From contig JBBQQG010000003.1 of assembly GCA_038216175.1 (NCBI GenBank), positions 450 through 64,449 on the forward strand: 64,000 nucleotides of DNA. The letters are read 5' to 3'. The DNA comes from Candidatus Saccharimonadales bacterium (GTDB taxonomy: Bacteria; Patescibacteriota; Saccharimonadia; Saccharimonadales; OMJO01). The stretch's first letter is position 1. The number at the start of each line of letters is the position of its first letter. The notes under the pieces are model-generated. The model saw nothing but the letters and a program-made list of their open reading frames with translations, did no database searches and was not told the origin of the DNA. Shown piece by piece: positions 1 to 10,068 of the stretch. The position numbers and the translations under genes were made by a program.

Positions 1-394
1 GATATTAGCCTTATTAACAGTAGTTAGCTCAATTGCAGTTTTTTTTCTGACGAAAGACTTTATATCAACTGCAATGGTTGTCTTAATTGGAGTTGCTTTT
101 GGAGTCTTTGCTTCCAGAAAACCACGAGTTCTTGATTATTCAATTGGTGAAGACGGAGTTACTATAGGGCAAAAATTATTCCAATTTGAAGAGTTCAAGT
201 CATTTTCTGCGACAGAAGAAGGCGAAATATTTTCAGCCGTACTATTGCCACTTAAAAGATTTATGCCTCAGGTAAACTTATGTTATTCTCCTTCCGACGA
301 TGACCGTATTATAGATTTACTAAGTAATTATTTACCTTACGAAGAGCATAAACGCGACCTGTTAGACCGAGCAATGCGAAAAATACGTTTTTAA
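1..394 (+). CDS. Membrane-anchored hypothetical protein, 5'-truncated by window edge (DUF5673-like CPR family)
   Basis: Frame is open from position 2 through the 74..394 ORF; two hydrophobic segments then a soluble domain. Confidence 0.7.
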   Translation, partial: ILALLTVVSSIAVFFLTKDFISTAMVVLIGVAFGVFASRKPRVLDYSIGEDGVTIGQKLFQFEEFKSFSATEEGEIFSAVLLPLKRFMPQVNLCYSPSDDDRIIDLLSNYLPYEEHKRDLLDRAMRKIRF

Positions 395-428
395 CTGTTA
401 TAAATTATAATTTCAGATAGCCATAATT

Positions 429-572
429 GATGATGTTGAACATTCATCGTTTTCACTCTAAGATCGTTGCTTGATTAAGTATGCTAACAAACAAAAAGTT
501 TTACCTGTCTGGACTTTTGATAAAAAACTTGTACGCCAAGGCAATGGAAGAGCAAAAAAGCTGATTTCTTAA
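429..572 (+). pseudogene. Remnant of PIN-domain (VapC-like) gene C-terminus
   Basis: In-frame translation DDVEHSSFSL*DRCLIKYANKQKVLPVWTFDKKLVRQGNGRAKKLIS*; resembles PIN C-terminal 'S..D..L...A.....L.TFDKKL'; internal TAA at 459-461, no start codon. Confidence 0.55.
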
Positions 573-589
573 TAAACGTGACTTTAAGA

Positions 590-666
590 TGGTGCACCCG
601 ACAGGATTCGAACCTACGACCTTTGGCTCCGCAAGCCAACGCTCTATCCAGCTGAGCTACGGGTGC
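590..666 (-). tRNA. tRNA-Arg, anticodon GCG
   Basis: Reverse complement GCACCCGTAGCTCAGCTGGATAGAGCG-TTGGC-TTGCGGA-GCCAA-AGGTCGTAGGTTCGAATCCTGTCGGGTGCACCA; cloverleaf, encoded CCA. Confidence 0.95.
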
Positions 667-783
667 ATATACAACAGGGGTAATCCTAACATATTACAAT
701 GGCATTTAACAGATCAATAAAAATAGAGTACATAATACGCGAGTCACACATTTTTAATTAGCCTGCTAAAATAACTCCTATAA

Positions 784-874
784 GGAGAGGTCGCATAGTT
801 GGTCTAGTGCGCTGCACTCGAAATGCAGTATGGATTAATCTTCATCGAGGGTTCGAATCCCTCCCTCTCCGCCA
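784..874 (+). tRNA. tRNA-Ser, anticodon CGA
   Basis: GGAGAGG acceptor stem, anticodon arm CTGCA-CTCGAAA-TGCAG, long variable arm, GGTTCGAATCC T-arm, terminal GCCA. Confidence 0.95.
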
Positions 875-1090
875 ATCAATACTTTATGTCCCTTATTCGA
901 ACTCTGATATGTCATTACGAAGCTGAATCACAAGATACGTTTCCGCTTAAATATATTAAGTGTACAACGCCCACCTTAAGTAAATATCGGATCTTATGCA
1001 CTGATTATTCTAACCATAACAGTTAATAGTTTTACTTTAGTTATTATTTGGTATTTAATTATGCTAAAGCATTATTGAAAGGTCTACCTA

Positions 1091-2962
1091 GTGCCGTCAA
1101 AAACATCATCTAAAAAGCGTAAATCCACAAAAAAATCGAACAGACTAGAAAAGCTGCTTCGAAATATTATTAACAGCAGACCGTTAATGGCAATAACAGT
1201 TATGATAATCTTTGCCGTTTTAGGAGGTGTTTACTTATTATTTTCAAAAGCTGCTACTAACCGAATACCTATAAATCCGGGCACCTACGCCGTCAGCGTT
1301 TTACCGGCTGGAAGTACATCTGACTACTGGATAGTGGCCAGTGATGGCGGCGTATTTTCTATGGGAACTAATATCAAATTTTTCGGATCAATGGCAGGTA
1401 AGCCTTTAGTACAGAGAATTACTTCATCGACCGCACGGCCACAACACGACGGATATTGGATGTTAGGTGGTGATGGTGGGATTTTCTCTTTTGGAAATGC
1501 TAAGTATCTGAGTGGCCCGACAAAAACGGCAACTTCTGGGTACTACAGAGCTATAGTAGGCACCCCAAGTGGAAATGGGTATTGGGTAATAACTAAGCTG
1601 GGAAGTATTTCGCCTTTTGGCGACGCTGCAACAACTTATTGGGCAGGAATAAACGCCAGCTACAAGAGATTCAATACTAATCCTTTAAATGCTTTACCAG
1701 GATTACCAGTTAACGGAATCGTAAGCGCCGCCAGAACTGTGTCGGGTAAGGGATTAATACTGCTGGCCGAAAACGGTGCAACCTACGGTTACGGGGACGC
1801 ACCTTATCATGGGAATGTACCGATAAATTATGCTGGTGGGCAAAGAGCAACTTCAATTACAGTTGATAATAAAAACGGATATATTGTAGCTGCAAATAAC
1901 GGTGCAACCTACGGGTTGGGCGGAACATACCGTGGCGGTGCTAACACCGCTGGACAGTTAGCTGGACCAATAATTTCAATTGCTTCGACATCTGATAGCG
2001 GTGGCTATTGGGAGCTGGGTCAGGACGGTGGAATATTCGCATACGGCAACGCTTTATTTAAAGGCTCTGTCGTTACTACGACGCCGCTGCCTGCTTCTAC
2101 GCCAACCCTGACAACTGTAATTACCCCTCAACCGATAACTACACCGGCACCAAGTATTCAGATAGGCAGTTCAATTACGGTTGCAGCTGTTGCGGCAAAC
2201 CCATGCTCGGCTGATCTACAGAATAATATTACGGTTCTCCAGGAGTGTTTAAATAGTCGTGGAGCAAATCCTAAACTAACTGTTGACGGAGTACTAGGTC
2301 CCTTAACTAGACAAACATGCTCAAGTATATTGGGTGCATTTTGCCCGTATCCTGTTCAAAGATCTGGTGGTGGAAACACCGTTGGTGCAGCAGTTATACC
2401 CGTTTCATCCGGTGCAGTATCGCAACTTCAAAAAGATATTGGAGTATCAGTTGACGGTCAAGTTGGCAATCAGACTTTATTTGCCTGCAATGCAAACTGG
2501 CAGCGGTTATCAAAGCAGGACCAGTATGTTTGTGCGCTACACGGTGGTGGACCTGGTGGAAAAGCTAACAATGGGCTAAATACTAATAAATTAGCTAACA
2601 GCTTCGCAGCCGGATCATTTGGTCTTAACTCTGATATCCCTTCTACTAGTTATAATTTAGTAGTCCAAGGATCAAACCATCTTAAAGACGGAAATTATAA
2701 TTTATGCGTATTTCTCGACCACACTAATTACCTATCAGTTGATGCATCAGTTTCGGGCCATTGGGAAGACTGGTTTAATAGTGGAGAAAAAGTGATTGCA
2801 GACGAGAAAATTCCACCAGGGACTTCTGTAAAATGCTGGTATTTTTCGTGGAATAGTACTGACAAGTATATTAACTGGTGGTTTCATAACCCTGACGGTG
2901 CGACGATTGGTAATATTCAGTACGTAACAATTGACGGAAATGTACAGACTAATGTTCGGTAG
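1091..2962 (+). CDS. Membrane-anchored/secreted surface protein with YW..xxDGGIFxFG repeats and two peptidoglycan-binding (PG_binding_1-like) motifs
   Basis: Basic N-terminus plus TM; repeats YWIVASDGGVFSMG, YWMLGGDGGIFSFG, YWELGQDGGIFAYG; Pro/Thr linker; LQECLN..VDGVLGPLT and LQKDIGVSVDGQVGNQT. Confidence 0.75.
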   Translation: MPSKTSSKKRKSTKKSNRLEKLLRNIINSRPLMAITVMIIFAVLGGVYLLFSKAATNRIPINPGTYAVSVLPAGSTSDYWIVASDGGVFSMGTNIKFFGSMAGKPLVQRITSSTARPQHDGYWMLGGDGGIFSFGNAKYLSGPTKTATSGYYRAIVGTPSGNGYWVITKLGSISPFGDAATTYWAGINASYKRFNTNPLNALPGLPVNGIVSAARTVSGKGLILLAENGATYGYGDAPYHGNVPINYAGGQRATSITVDNKNGYIVAANNGATYGLGGTYRGGANTAGQLAGPIISIASTSDSGGYWELGQDGGIFAYGNALFKGSVVTTTPLPASTPTLTTVITPQPITTPAPSIQIGSSITVAAVAANPCSADLQNNITVLQECLNSRGANPKLTVDGVLGPLTRQTCSSILGAFCPYPVQRSGGGNTVGAAVIPVSSGAVSQLQKDIGVSVDGQVGNQTLFACNANWQRLSKQDQYVCALHGGGPGGKANNGLNTNKLANSFAAGSFGLNSDIPSTSYNLVVQGSNHLKDGNYNLCVFLDHTNYLSVDASVSGHWEDWFNSGEKVIADEKIPPGTSVKCWYFSWNSTDKYINWWFHNPDGATIGNIQYVTIDGNVQTNVR

Positions 2963-2971
2963 GAGTTAAAA

Positions 2972-3379
2972 ATGAAGAAAAAATTATTAATAGCAATACC
3001 TATTGTTGTACTAGTTTTAGTCGCAACCGTAGTGTCTTTTAAGTTTGGTGATTTAATGAATATCAGATCAAAACCAGTTGCTAAAAGTTTCACTAATGCC
3101 ATTATGACTGGACAAAACCATATAGCTTATTCCCTACTCTCCCCAAGTTTCCAGCAAAATATTACAGAGAGCGCATTCGATAATAGTCTACAAAAAGAAT
3201 TCCCAAATTACAGAAAATCGGTCGTCACAACCGATAGTGTGATCGGTACCGACGGACGGCTGGCATACGTTTCTAATTTTTTGGTTACAGATGGTAAAAC
3301 TCCATCAAAGAAAGTCATTATGAAAATGGTTGAAGTCGACCGCAAATGGTACGTTGGAGCAATAAAAGTTTCTACTTAA
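2972..3379 (+). CDS. Small exported protein (possible NTF2-like fold)
   Basis: GGAG RBS, N-terminal hydrophobic signal, AYSLLSPSFQ and KWYV motifs; directly follows the surface protein gene. Confidence 0.6.
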   Translation: MKKKLLIAIPIVVLVLVATVVSFKFGDLMNIRSKPVAKSFTNAIMTGQNHIAYSLLSPSFQQNITESAFDNSLQKEFPNYRKSVVTTDSVIGTDGRLAYVSNFLVTDGKTPSKKVIMKMVEVDRKWYVGAIKVST

Positions 3380-3396
3380 AGGAAGTAGTTTCAAGT

Positions 3397-4464
3397 TTAA
3401 GTCTGCACCGGCGGTTGAGTATTAATTTGACTTTCCAAGGGTGCTGGCTCTTTTGGTTTTCTAGTAAGTAGTAGGACTAGAAGCATTAAACCTCCAATAA
3501 TCGTATATGCCAAGCCAAATTTAATTATGTAGCCGTTAATAATCTGGGTAATAGAATCAAGAATGTGAGTCAGAGTTGAGTTAAATCCGTTAGTGTTTAG
3601 CGATCTTGAAATATTCCCATTTGGTTTCGATGCATTTTTAAAAATCCAAATTGCTACGAGACTACTGGCGGTAAGAAAAATGCCTGTACTAGCAAATGCA
3701 AACCCCACTCTTTTAACACCGGTCCTTTTAGAATCATTTAATAATATTACAGAAATTCCAAGCAAACCGATGATAACGAATAACAGATAGGGGGATAAAT
3801 TTAACCAGCTGTAGACTTGAGGTACATAGCTGTATTGTTGATAAAAAGCCCTGCCCTGACTATTCTTAGGGATAGAACTGACTGTAAAAACGGTGGTACT
3901 AAGAAAACTTTTGCTATTTATTAAGCTATCTACCACCGGCTGTTTCTGTGCAGCGACATTTATGTTCGCTGGTTTGCAGGGGATGCTAAATGGCTGAATC
4001 TCGGCATTAAGCAGCGCTAGCTGCTGTTTTGTACATACAGGCAAAACATTTAGCCTAGCAACAGCGTAATCGCCGACTGAATTCGCGAATTTTGCTTTAG
4101 GCAGAGATAAGTCTACCTTAAAGTCCGGTTGATTCGATTTGCCCGTTAACCAATGATAAAAACCGTCTACTACATTTTCGGTGCTGGATTGTAAAAACTG
4201 CGGAGAAAAGGAATCTTTAGCAGCTTTTTGAATTACCGGGTCGGTTAACGGCAGATTATTGCTGGACTGATTTACCGACGACTGAGTTTGTTTTAGGACA
4301 TTGTCTACAAATGTTGAATAAATATCACTTTCTTTTAGAACTTTTTTAATTGTTGATGGTGTCCCGAAAACTAATACCATTGTTGTAACTAATACTGAGC
4401 TAAATAGCAGAAACCGAAATAAGGCACTGGTGCACCAAAGTACCAATTTTCGAAAGATATGCAT
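3397..4464 (-). CDS. Multi-pass membrane hypothetical protein
   Basis: ORF of about 355 aa, one N-terminal and three C-terminal TM segments; start chosen at ATG 6 nt after TACAAT. Confidence 0.7.
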   Translation of the reverse strand: MHIFRKLVLWCTSALFRFLLFSSVLVTTMVLVFGTPSTIKKVLKESDIYSTFVDNVLKQTQSSVNQSSNNLPLTDPVIQKAAKDSFSPQFLQSSTENVVDGFYHWLTGKSNQPDFKVDLSLPKAKFANSVGDYAVARLNVLPVCTKQQLALLNAEIQPFSIPCKPANINVAAQKQPVVDSLINSKSFLSTTVFTVSSIPKNSQGRAFYQQYSYVPQVYSWLNLSPYLLFVIIGLLGISVILLNDSKRTGVKRVGFAFASTGIFLTASSLVAIWIFKNASKPNGNISRSLNTNGFNSTLTHILDSITQIINGYIIKFGLAYTIIGGLMLLVLLLTRKPKEPAPLESQINTQPPVQT

Positions 4465-4529
4465 GAGCACATTGTACGCCCAACTATGTTGCTTGCAAGG
4501 CAGATTACCGGGTGTAAACTTGTTAGTAT

Positions 4530-4922
4530 ATGCAGGACAGTATCTTTACCAAAATCATTAATGGTGAGATTCCAAGTTTCAAAATATATGAAGACGATAA
4601 AACAGTAGCCTTTTTAGATATTCACCCAATTCAACCCGGTCATGTCCTAGTCGTGCCTAAAACTCAAGTTGATGAATTTCAGGATTTGGAGCTTGAAGAC
4701 TACGACGCACTTTGGCGAACAGTCAGGAAAGTAGCCCGAAGAATAAAAAAAGTAGTTGGTAGGTCGCGGGTCGGGATCCACGTCGTCGGTCTTGACGTGC
4801 CTCATGTCCATGTCCATGTCTTCCCTTTTGACAACATCGAACAGTACCACGCAGTAGCCAACATGTCAGTCGAACCGAATCAAGTTGAATTAGCTGAGAT
4901 GGCAAACAGACTTAAGTTTTGA
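4530..4922 (+). CDS. HIT family nucleotide hydrolase
   Basis: SIFTKIINGEIP N-terminus, HVHVH histidine triad. Confidence 0.92.
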   Translation: MQDSIFTKIINGEIPSFKIYEDDKTVAFLDIHPIQPGHVLVVPKTQVDEFQDLELEDYDALWRTVRKVARRIKKVVGRSRVGIHVVGLDVPHVHVHVFPFDNIEQYHAVANMSVEPNQVELAEMANRLKF

Positions 4923-4939
4923 CGTGTTAAGATTAGCTC

Positions 4940-5116
4940 ATGTTTTCTAATGCGTTTATAGCCTTAATTATCGGCATAGGTCTTGGTGTTTGGGTGTATT
5001 CAAAAGCTATGAAACAAACTGGAAATAACACCAAAAACTCAGTTATAGTAGCAGTAATCTGCGGCGGAGTAGTATTTCTTATAGTAATTACACTGATTGG
5101 GATGTTTATAAAATAA
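4940..5116 (+). CDS. Small two-TM membrane protein (58 aa, absent from ORF track)
   Basis: Own translation MFSNAFIALIIGIGLGVWVYSKAMKQTGNNTKNSVIVAVICGGVVFLIVITLIGMFIK*; fills gap between two + strand genes. Confidence 0.7.
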   Translation: MFSNAFIALIIGIGLGVWVYSKAMKQTGNNTKNSVIVAVICGGVVFLIVITLIGMFIK

Positions 5117-5183
5117 ATTGTGACTAGCCATTTAGTGCTAGTTTTACTTTGAATTGTACCCATAAATTGGTACCATATGGTCA

Positions 5184-6032
5184 ATGGACGAGGTGGGCTT
5201 AGGCCAAAGATTACAAGATGCCCGCAAAAAAGCGGGACTGACGCAGCAGGAACTCTGCCAATTAGCCGGCCTAAGTTACTCGACACTTGCAAAAATTGAA
5301 CGAGGGGCTATCAAAGCCCCATCAATCTTCACTATTCAGAGCATCGCTGGGGCGCTAAACTCGAGCTTAAGCGATTTAATGGGAGATGTTCCCCGCTTTG
5401 AGTCTAAAGTCGCTAAAAAACGCTCTAAAAGCGGGATCAGATTCGTCTATTTTGATATAAATGGTTGTCTGGTTAGGTTTTTCCACCGGGCATTCACTAA
5501 ACTTGCCCATGAAACAGGCGCACCGGCCGATATTATCGAGTCGACTTTTTGGCATTACAATGACATTGTTTGCCGTGGTGAACTTAGTTTGGATGAATTT
5601 AATAAAATATTTTCAAGGAAAATAGGTGTTGAAAACGTTGACTGGCAAAGCTATTACCTAGATGCGATTGACCCTATTATTGAAATGCAATCAGTCGTCA
5701 CTTGGGCCTCCGAAAACTACTATGTCGGATTATTAAGTAATATTATGCCTGGTTTTATAGAATCAATGCTGGCAAGAGAACTAATTCCAAATGTTGCCTA
5801 TACCACGATTATCGATTCGTCTAAAGTAGGGGCAATTAAACCCGAACCGGAAGTCTATGAAATTGCCCAGAATAAATCTGGAGTTAAACCGACCGAAATA
5901 TTATTAGTTGACGATTCACGGGCAAATCTAATGGCAGCCGAAAAAATGGGCTGGCATGTGCTCTGGTTCGATGATTACCGCCCAGATGAATCAGTTGAAC
6001 GTGTCCGTCAGTCACTTGAACCAGAAGATTAA
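5184..6032 (+). CDS. XRE-family HTH fused to HAD-superfamily hydrolase
   Basis: RKKAGLTQQEL...LAKIERG HTH; HAD motifs FDINGC, LLSN, KPEP, VDD. Confidence 0.85.
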   Translation: MDEVGLGQRLQDARKKAGLTQQELCQLAGLSYSTLAKIERGAIKAPSIFTIQSIAGALNSSLSDLMGDVPRFESKVAKKRSKSGIRFVYFDINGCLVRFFHRAFTKLAHETGAPADIIESTFWHYNDIVCRGELSLDEFNKIFSRKIGVENVDWQSYYLDAIDPIIEMQSVVTWASENYYVGLLSNIMPGFIESMLARELIPNVAYTTIIDSSKVGAIKPEPEVYEIAQNKSGVKPTEILLVDDSRANLMAAEKMGWHVLWFDDYRPDESVERVRQSLEPED

Positions 6033-8602
6033 ATAGCACTGCCAAATCGATCATATTCAGATACGGTCTTTTGTAGCAGTTCTTCAGCTTGGTTCAGCTG
6101 CTGCTTTGTCTCATCTATAACACTTTTAGGTGCGTTATTTATATATGCGGTATTTTCCAACCTAGCCTTTAAGCGTTCGACAGCTTTTTCCTGCTCAGAA
6201 TGTTTCAGTTTTAGCTTTGATAAAAATTCCGTGGCAGCATTCTTATCTAGATCAAGCCAACCATTATGATTTGTTGCAGTTAAGTGCAAACCCGAGCCGG
6301 ACTTAACGGACTCGACACTGGCAACTTTCGATAATGTCTTTATAAGACCGCCGTTTTCTAGTAAAAATGGATCGTCGCTATGGTAGAGATTAAATTGGCG
6401 GTATTTTACTGTCGCACTGATAAATCTAATTTCTTCAACAATCGCTTTTATTTCTTCAAAAACTTTGTACCCGTCGTATTTGTCATTTTTTATCTCTGGC
6501 CACGGCTGGCTTACTAACATGCTGGAATCGTCTTCCCCTGTCAGTGTCTGCCAAATAGTTTCGGTTAGAAATGGAGCGAACGGATGGGCTAATTTTAATA
6601 TTGTCTCGAGAGCGAAGCTAAGTACGCTAGGGTTCATATCGGCTTTTGAAGCTTCTATATACCAATCTGCTAAGTCGTCCCAGACTAAATGATAAATATG
6701 ATCGTATGCTTCAGCATAGCGATAATCATCTAAAAGTCGACTAACTTCTCTGTTAGATTGTTGTAATATTGTAAGAATCCAGTCGTCTGCGATCGTTTTT
6801 GGCATCGGCTTTTCAGCTAAATTGAAATTACCTTCCAGCTTGTCTTCGATAAACCTGGCAACATTCCACAGTTTATTACAAAAATTCCTAGCGTCTTCTA
6901 TTTTACGATTATCATAACCTCTGTTAACAGCTGGCACTCGACCGGCAATAATACCCATCCTTAGAGCATCGGAACCATACTTTTTAACAGCTTCCATTGG
7001 ATTTACGACATTGCCAAGCGACTTGCTCATTTTTGCACCGTCCGATGCTAGTACGTAGCCATGAATATAGACAGCTTCGAACGGAAGTTTTTTGGTTACG
7101 TAAAGCCCCATCATAATCATGCGGCTTACCCACGGATATAATATTTCACCGCCAGTTTCCATGAGATTGAGTGGATAGAACTCTTTAAAATCATCATTTT
7201 CAGGGAATCCCATTGTTGCATATGGCCAGCTGGCACTTGAAAACCAGGTATCAAACACATCTGGGTCGCGGTGGTACGTCTTGCCGTCTATTTCGATTAT
7301 TTCCTGCCCTACCCTGGTATCAAATATCCAGTCGTCGCTATCGTCGACATTCTGAAAAGCCGGAATCGGTATCCCCCAAGCTATTTGACGGCTAATATTC
7401 CAATCGCGTAATCCTTCCAGATATTTTATTAGCTGCAGTCGTTTTGAATCAGGATAAAATTTAATCTTCTTATCTTTAAGTGCTCTAATTGCGGGCTTTG
7501 ACAGCGGGTCCATGTTAACGAACCACTGGTCCATTAACATTGGCTCAATCACCGTGTCGCATTTATAACAGTGCCCTACCCTGTTTTTATATTTTGTATC
7601 TACTTTTAGTAGCAGATTCTTTTGTTTCATAGCATCGACGACTGCTTGTCTAGCTTCCATAATCGTCATGCCGCTAAATTTACCAGCTTCATGATTTAGA
7701 GTTCCGTCATGATCAATAACCCGCTTTGCCGGCAGATTGTGCCTTTTAGATACTTCCCAGTCATTAAAATCATGTGCCGGAGTAATTTTAACTACTCCTG
7801 TCCCAAAATCTGGGTCGACCATTTCGTCGGCTATAACCTGTAGTTCAAAAGGTCCGTTTACACCTTCAACTGTCACTACTTTGCCAACCCACTGTTTGTA
7901 CCTATCATCACTTGGATTTACTGCAACTGCCGTGTCGCCAAATTTTGTTTCCGGACGGGTAGTCGCTACTGTAAAAGGCCCGTATTTCATGTAGTAAAGC
8001 GGAGTCACTGAATCCCTATAAACTACTTCAATATCAGCAAATCCAGTTCGATGGAAAGTACAGTAATTTACCAGTCTTTCACCCCTGTAAATTAATTTTT
8101 CGTCCCACATATTTTTAAAAGTTTTATAAGCTAAATCTATTATTTTTTGATCGAGCGTAAAAGTAAACCTAGACCAGTCAACGCTGGCTCCTAATGCCCT
8201 GAACTGATCTTCAAAAGTCTGGCGATTACCTACAACGAATTCATAAATTTGACCGTATAGCTCTTCCCTGCTTAAATCGAATCTACTTTTGCCAATTTTT
8301 GCTAATTGTTTTTCATATACAACCTGAGTTTCGAAACCAGCATGATCAGCGCCAGGCAACCATAAAGTTTTCTCGCCTTTCATTCTGTGATACCTGGCTG
8401 CTATATCTTCTAAGGCTACGAATAGCGCATGGCCGCTATGTAATGGCGCGTTAGCGTTCGGTGGAGGCATTACCAAGCTGTAAGTTTTAATGCCATCTAC
8501 TGGCTTAAAAGCGCCACTTTGCTCCCAGAGACTATAGATATCTGTTTCGTAAAGGGCAGGTTCGTAAACTTTTGATAATTTCATTGGCTCAGTTTCATCC
8601 AT
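6029..8602 (-). CDS. valS: Valine--tRNA ligase
   Basis: PPPNAN..LHSGH, DWNISRQIAWG, DTWFSS, KMSKS, C-terminal coiled coil. Confidence 0.97.
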   Translation of the reverse strand: MDETEPMKLSKVYEPALYETDIYSLWEQSGAFKPVDGIKTYSLVMPPPNANAPLHSGHALFVALEDIAARYHRMKGEKTLWLPGADHAGFETQVVYEKQLAKIGKSRFDLSREELYGQIYEFVVGNRQTFEDQFRALGASVDWSRFTFTLDQKIIDLAYKTFKNMWDEKLIYRGERLVNYCTFHRTGFADIEVVYRDSVTPLYYMKYGPFTVATTRPETKFGDTAVAVNPSDDRYKQWVGKVVTVEGVNGPFELQVIADEMVDPDFGTGVVKITPAHDFNDWEVSKRHNLPAKRVIDHDGTLNHEAGKFSGMTIMEARQAVVDAMKQKNLLLKVDTKYKNRVGHCYKCDTVIEPMLMDQWFVNMDPLSKPAIRALKDKKIKFYPDSKRLQLIKYLEGLRDWNISRQIAWGIPIPAFQNVDDSDDWIFDTRVGQEIIEIDGKTYHRDPDVFDTWFSSASWPYATMGFPENDDFKEFYPLNLMETGGEILYPWVSRMIMMGLYVTKKLPFEAVYIHGYVLASDGAKMSKSLGNVVNPMEAVKKYGSDALRMGIIAGRVPAVNRGYDNRKIEDARNFCNKLWNVARFIEDKLEGNFNLAEKPMPKTIADDWILTILQQSNREVSRLLDDYRYAEAYDHIYHLVWDDLADWYIEASKADMNPSVLSFALETILKLAHPFAPFLTETIWQTLTGEDDSSMLVSQPWPEIKNDKYDGYKVFEEIKAIVEEIRFISATVKYRQFNLYHSDDPFLLENGGLIKTLSKVASVESVKSGSGLHLTATNHNGWLDLDKNAATEFLSKLKLKHSEQEKAVERLKARLENTAYINNAPKSVIDETKQQLNQAEELLQKTVSEYDRFGSAI

Positions 8603-8842
8603 AATCTATCAGCCATGATAACACCTCTGATATTAAATCTCTACACCTTGGAATTTGTTTCATGTGAAAAAAACAAAAATAACACAAGGTTCTCATTAAA
8701 CCCTCTGCAATTTCGTTTTAACTGGCTTTATGTTCAATGTGCGGCTACGTTGGTTACCGTAGAAGTTCCAATAGTTTTTGTTTTATGATTATAAGCATAA
8801 CAAATAAATAACTGGGGTGCAATACCTTATTCCCAATCGCAT

Positions 8843-9904
8843 CTACATCGATAAATTAGGAGCAATGTCTAAGCGGTATGCATCTGCAGGTTTTTGCTTT
8901 AGGCTAGCCTTAAAACAGCCAAGTGCTGCTGTCATTGCGGCATTGTCGGTACAAAGCTTTGGATCGGGATAAGTTACTTTTAAGGGAAGGCGGCTCTGCA
9001 ACTGTTTTCTAAGTTCAGTGCTGCTGGCAACACCGCCTCCGACAATAACATTTTTTGGACCATACTCGTTGTATGCAGTAACAGTCTTGTCGACGATAGT
9101 TTCAATTGCTGTTCGCTCAAAACTGGCTGCAATATCGGCTTTCTGCGTCTCTGTAAGGAGTTTTGACAGTCCAGAAGACGGAAACTGGTAATTATTGCCT
9201 GTTTCAGCTTGGGCAAGCCTTAGAACAGCTGTTTTTAATCCTGAAAACGAAAAGTCATATTTCCCGCTGAGTTTTGATTTTGGCAATTTGTATCTCTTGC
9301 TGTCGCCATCAATTGCTTTTTTGCTGATACTTGGTCCACCAGGGTAGGCAAGCCCCAATATTTTGGCTACTTTATCGAAAGCTTCACCTATAGCATCGTC
9401 CTGTGTCTGACCAAGAAGTTGATAATCGAAGTGGTTTTTAAAATAGACAAGCTGACTATGGCCGCCGCTGACAATTAGACCAAGCAGAGGAAATTCAGGC
9501 TGTTTAACTGGCATATTATAGCCGGGAAGGGAAGTCTCGATTAAAAAGTTGGCATAGAGGTGAGCTTCGACATGGTTAATTGCATATAGCGGTTTATTTT
9601 TTATAATCGATAATGTCCGGGCAGTCATTACTCCAATTAACAAGCTGCCACTAAGTCCTGCTCCGTAAGTCACGGCTATCGCATCAATATTATCCCAAGA
9701 ACATTCAGCATCTTTTAGAGCTTGGTTTATCACTGGCATAATAGATTCAATATGGCTTCTAGCGGCTATTTCAGGTACGACACCTCCATATTCGGCATGT
9801 AGAGCCATAGAACTTGCGACTGAATTGCTAAGCAGTGTTTTCCCGTTTTCTACGACTGCAGCAGCGGTTTCATCGCAGCTAGATTCTATTCCGAGTATTT
9901 TCAT
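8843..9904 (-). CDS. tsaD: tRNA threonylcarbamoyladenosine transferase TsaD
   Basis: ILGIESSCDET, GGVVPEIAARSH, NHVEAH, VSGGH, TDNAAM. Confidence 0.97.
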   Translation of the reverse strand: MKILGIESSCDETAAAVVENGKTLLSNSVASSMALHAEYGGVVPEIAARSHIESIMPVINQALKDAECSWDNIDAIAVTYGAGLSGSLLIGVMTARTLSIIKNKPLYAINHVEAHLYANFLIETSLPGYNMPVKQPEFPLLGLIVSGGHSQLVYFKNHFDYQLLGQTQDDAIGEAFDKVAKILGLAYPGGPSISKKAIDGDSKRYKLPKSKLSGKYDFSFSGLKTAVLRLAQAETGNNYQFPSSGLSKLLTETQKADIAASFERTAIETIVDKTVTAYNEYGPKNVIVGGGVASSTELRKQLQSRLPLKVTYPDPKLCTDNAAMTAALGCFKASLKQKPADAYRLDIAPNLSM

Positions 9905-9971
9905 GATATGTTACTAGCATAACATCCATAACACCTTAAGCACATTGTTATTTATAGTGCTAATGCAAGTA

Positions 9972-10000
9972 TTGACAAAATGTCAAACATTTGATAATAT
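9972..10000 (+). promoter_or_regulatory. Sigma70-type promoter with palindrome over -35
   Basis: TTGACA-17 bp-TAATAT; TTGACA-AAA-TGTCAA inverted repeat. Confidence 0.55.
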
Positions 10001-10068
10001 AAGCAAGTTATAAAACAAAACATAAACATTTAAAAAAGATTAAATAATAAGTATTAAGGATAATTTCA

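Noticed and set aside
823-1026. 67-aa ORF
   Set aside because: Starts inside tRNA-Ser; no protein features
4933-5292. 119-aa minus-strand ORF
   Set aside because: Overlaps the better-supported + strand small membrane gene and the XRE-HAD gene
9937-9963. CIRCE-like TAAGCACAT-N9-TAGTGCTAA
   Set aside because: Four mismatches to consensus and flanking genes are not chaperones; too weak to call
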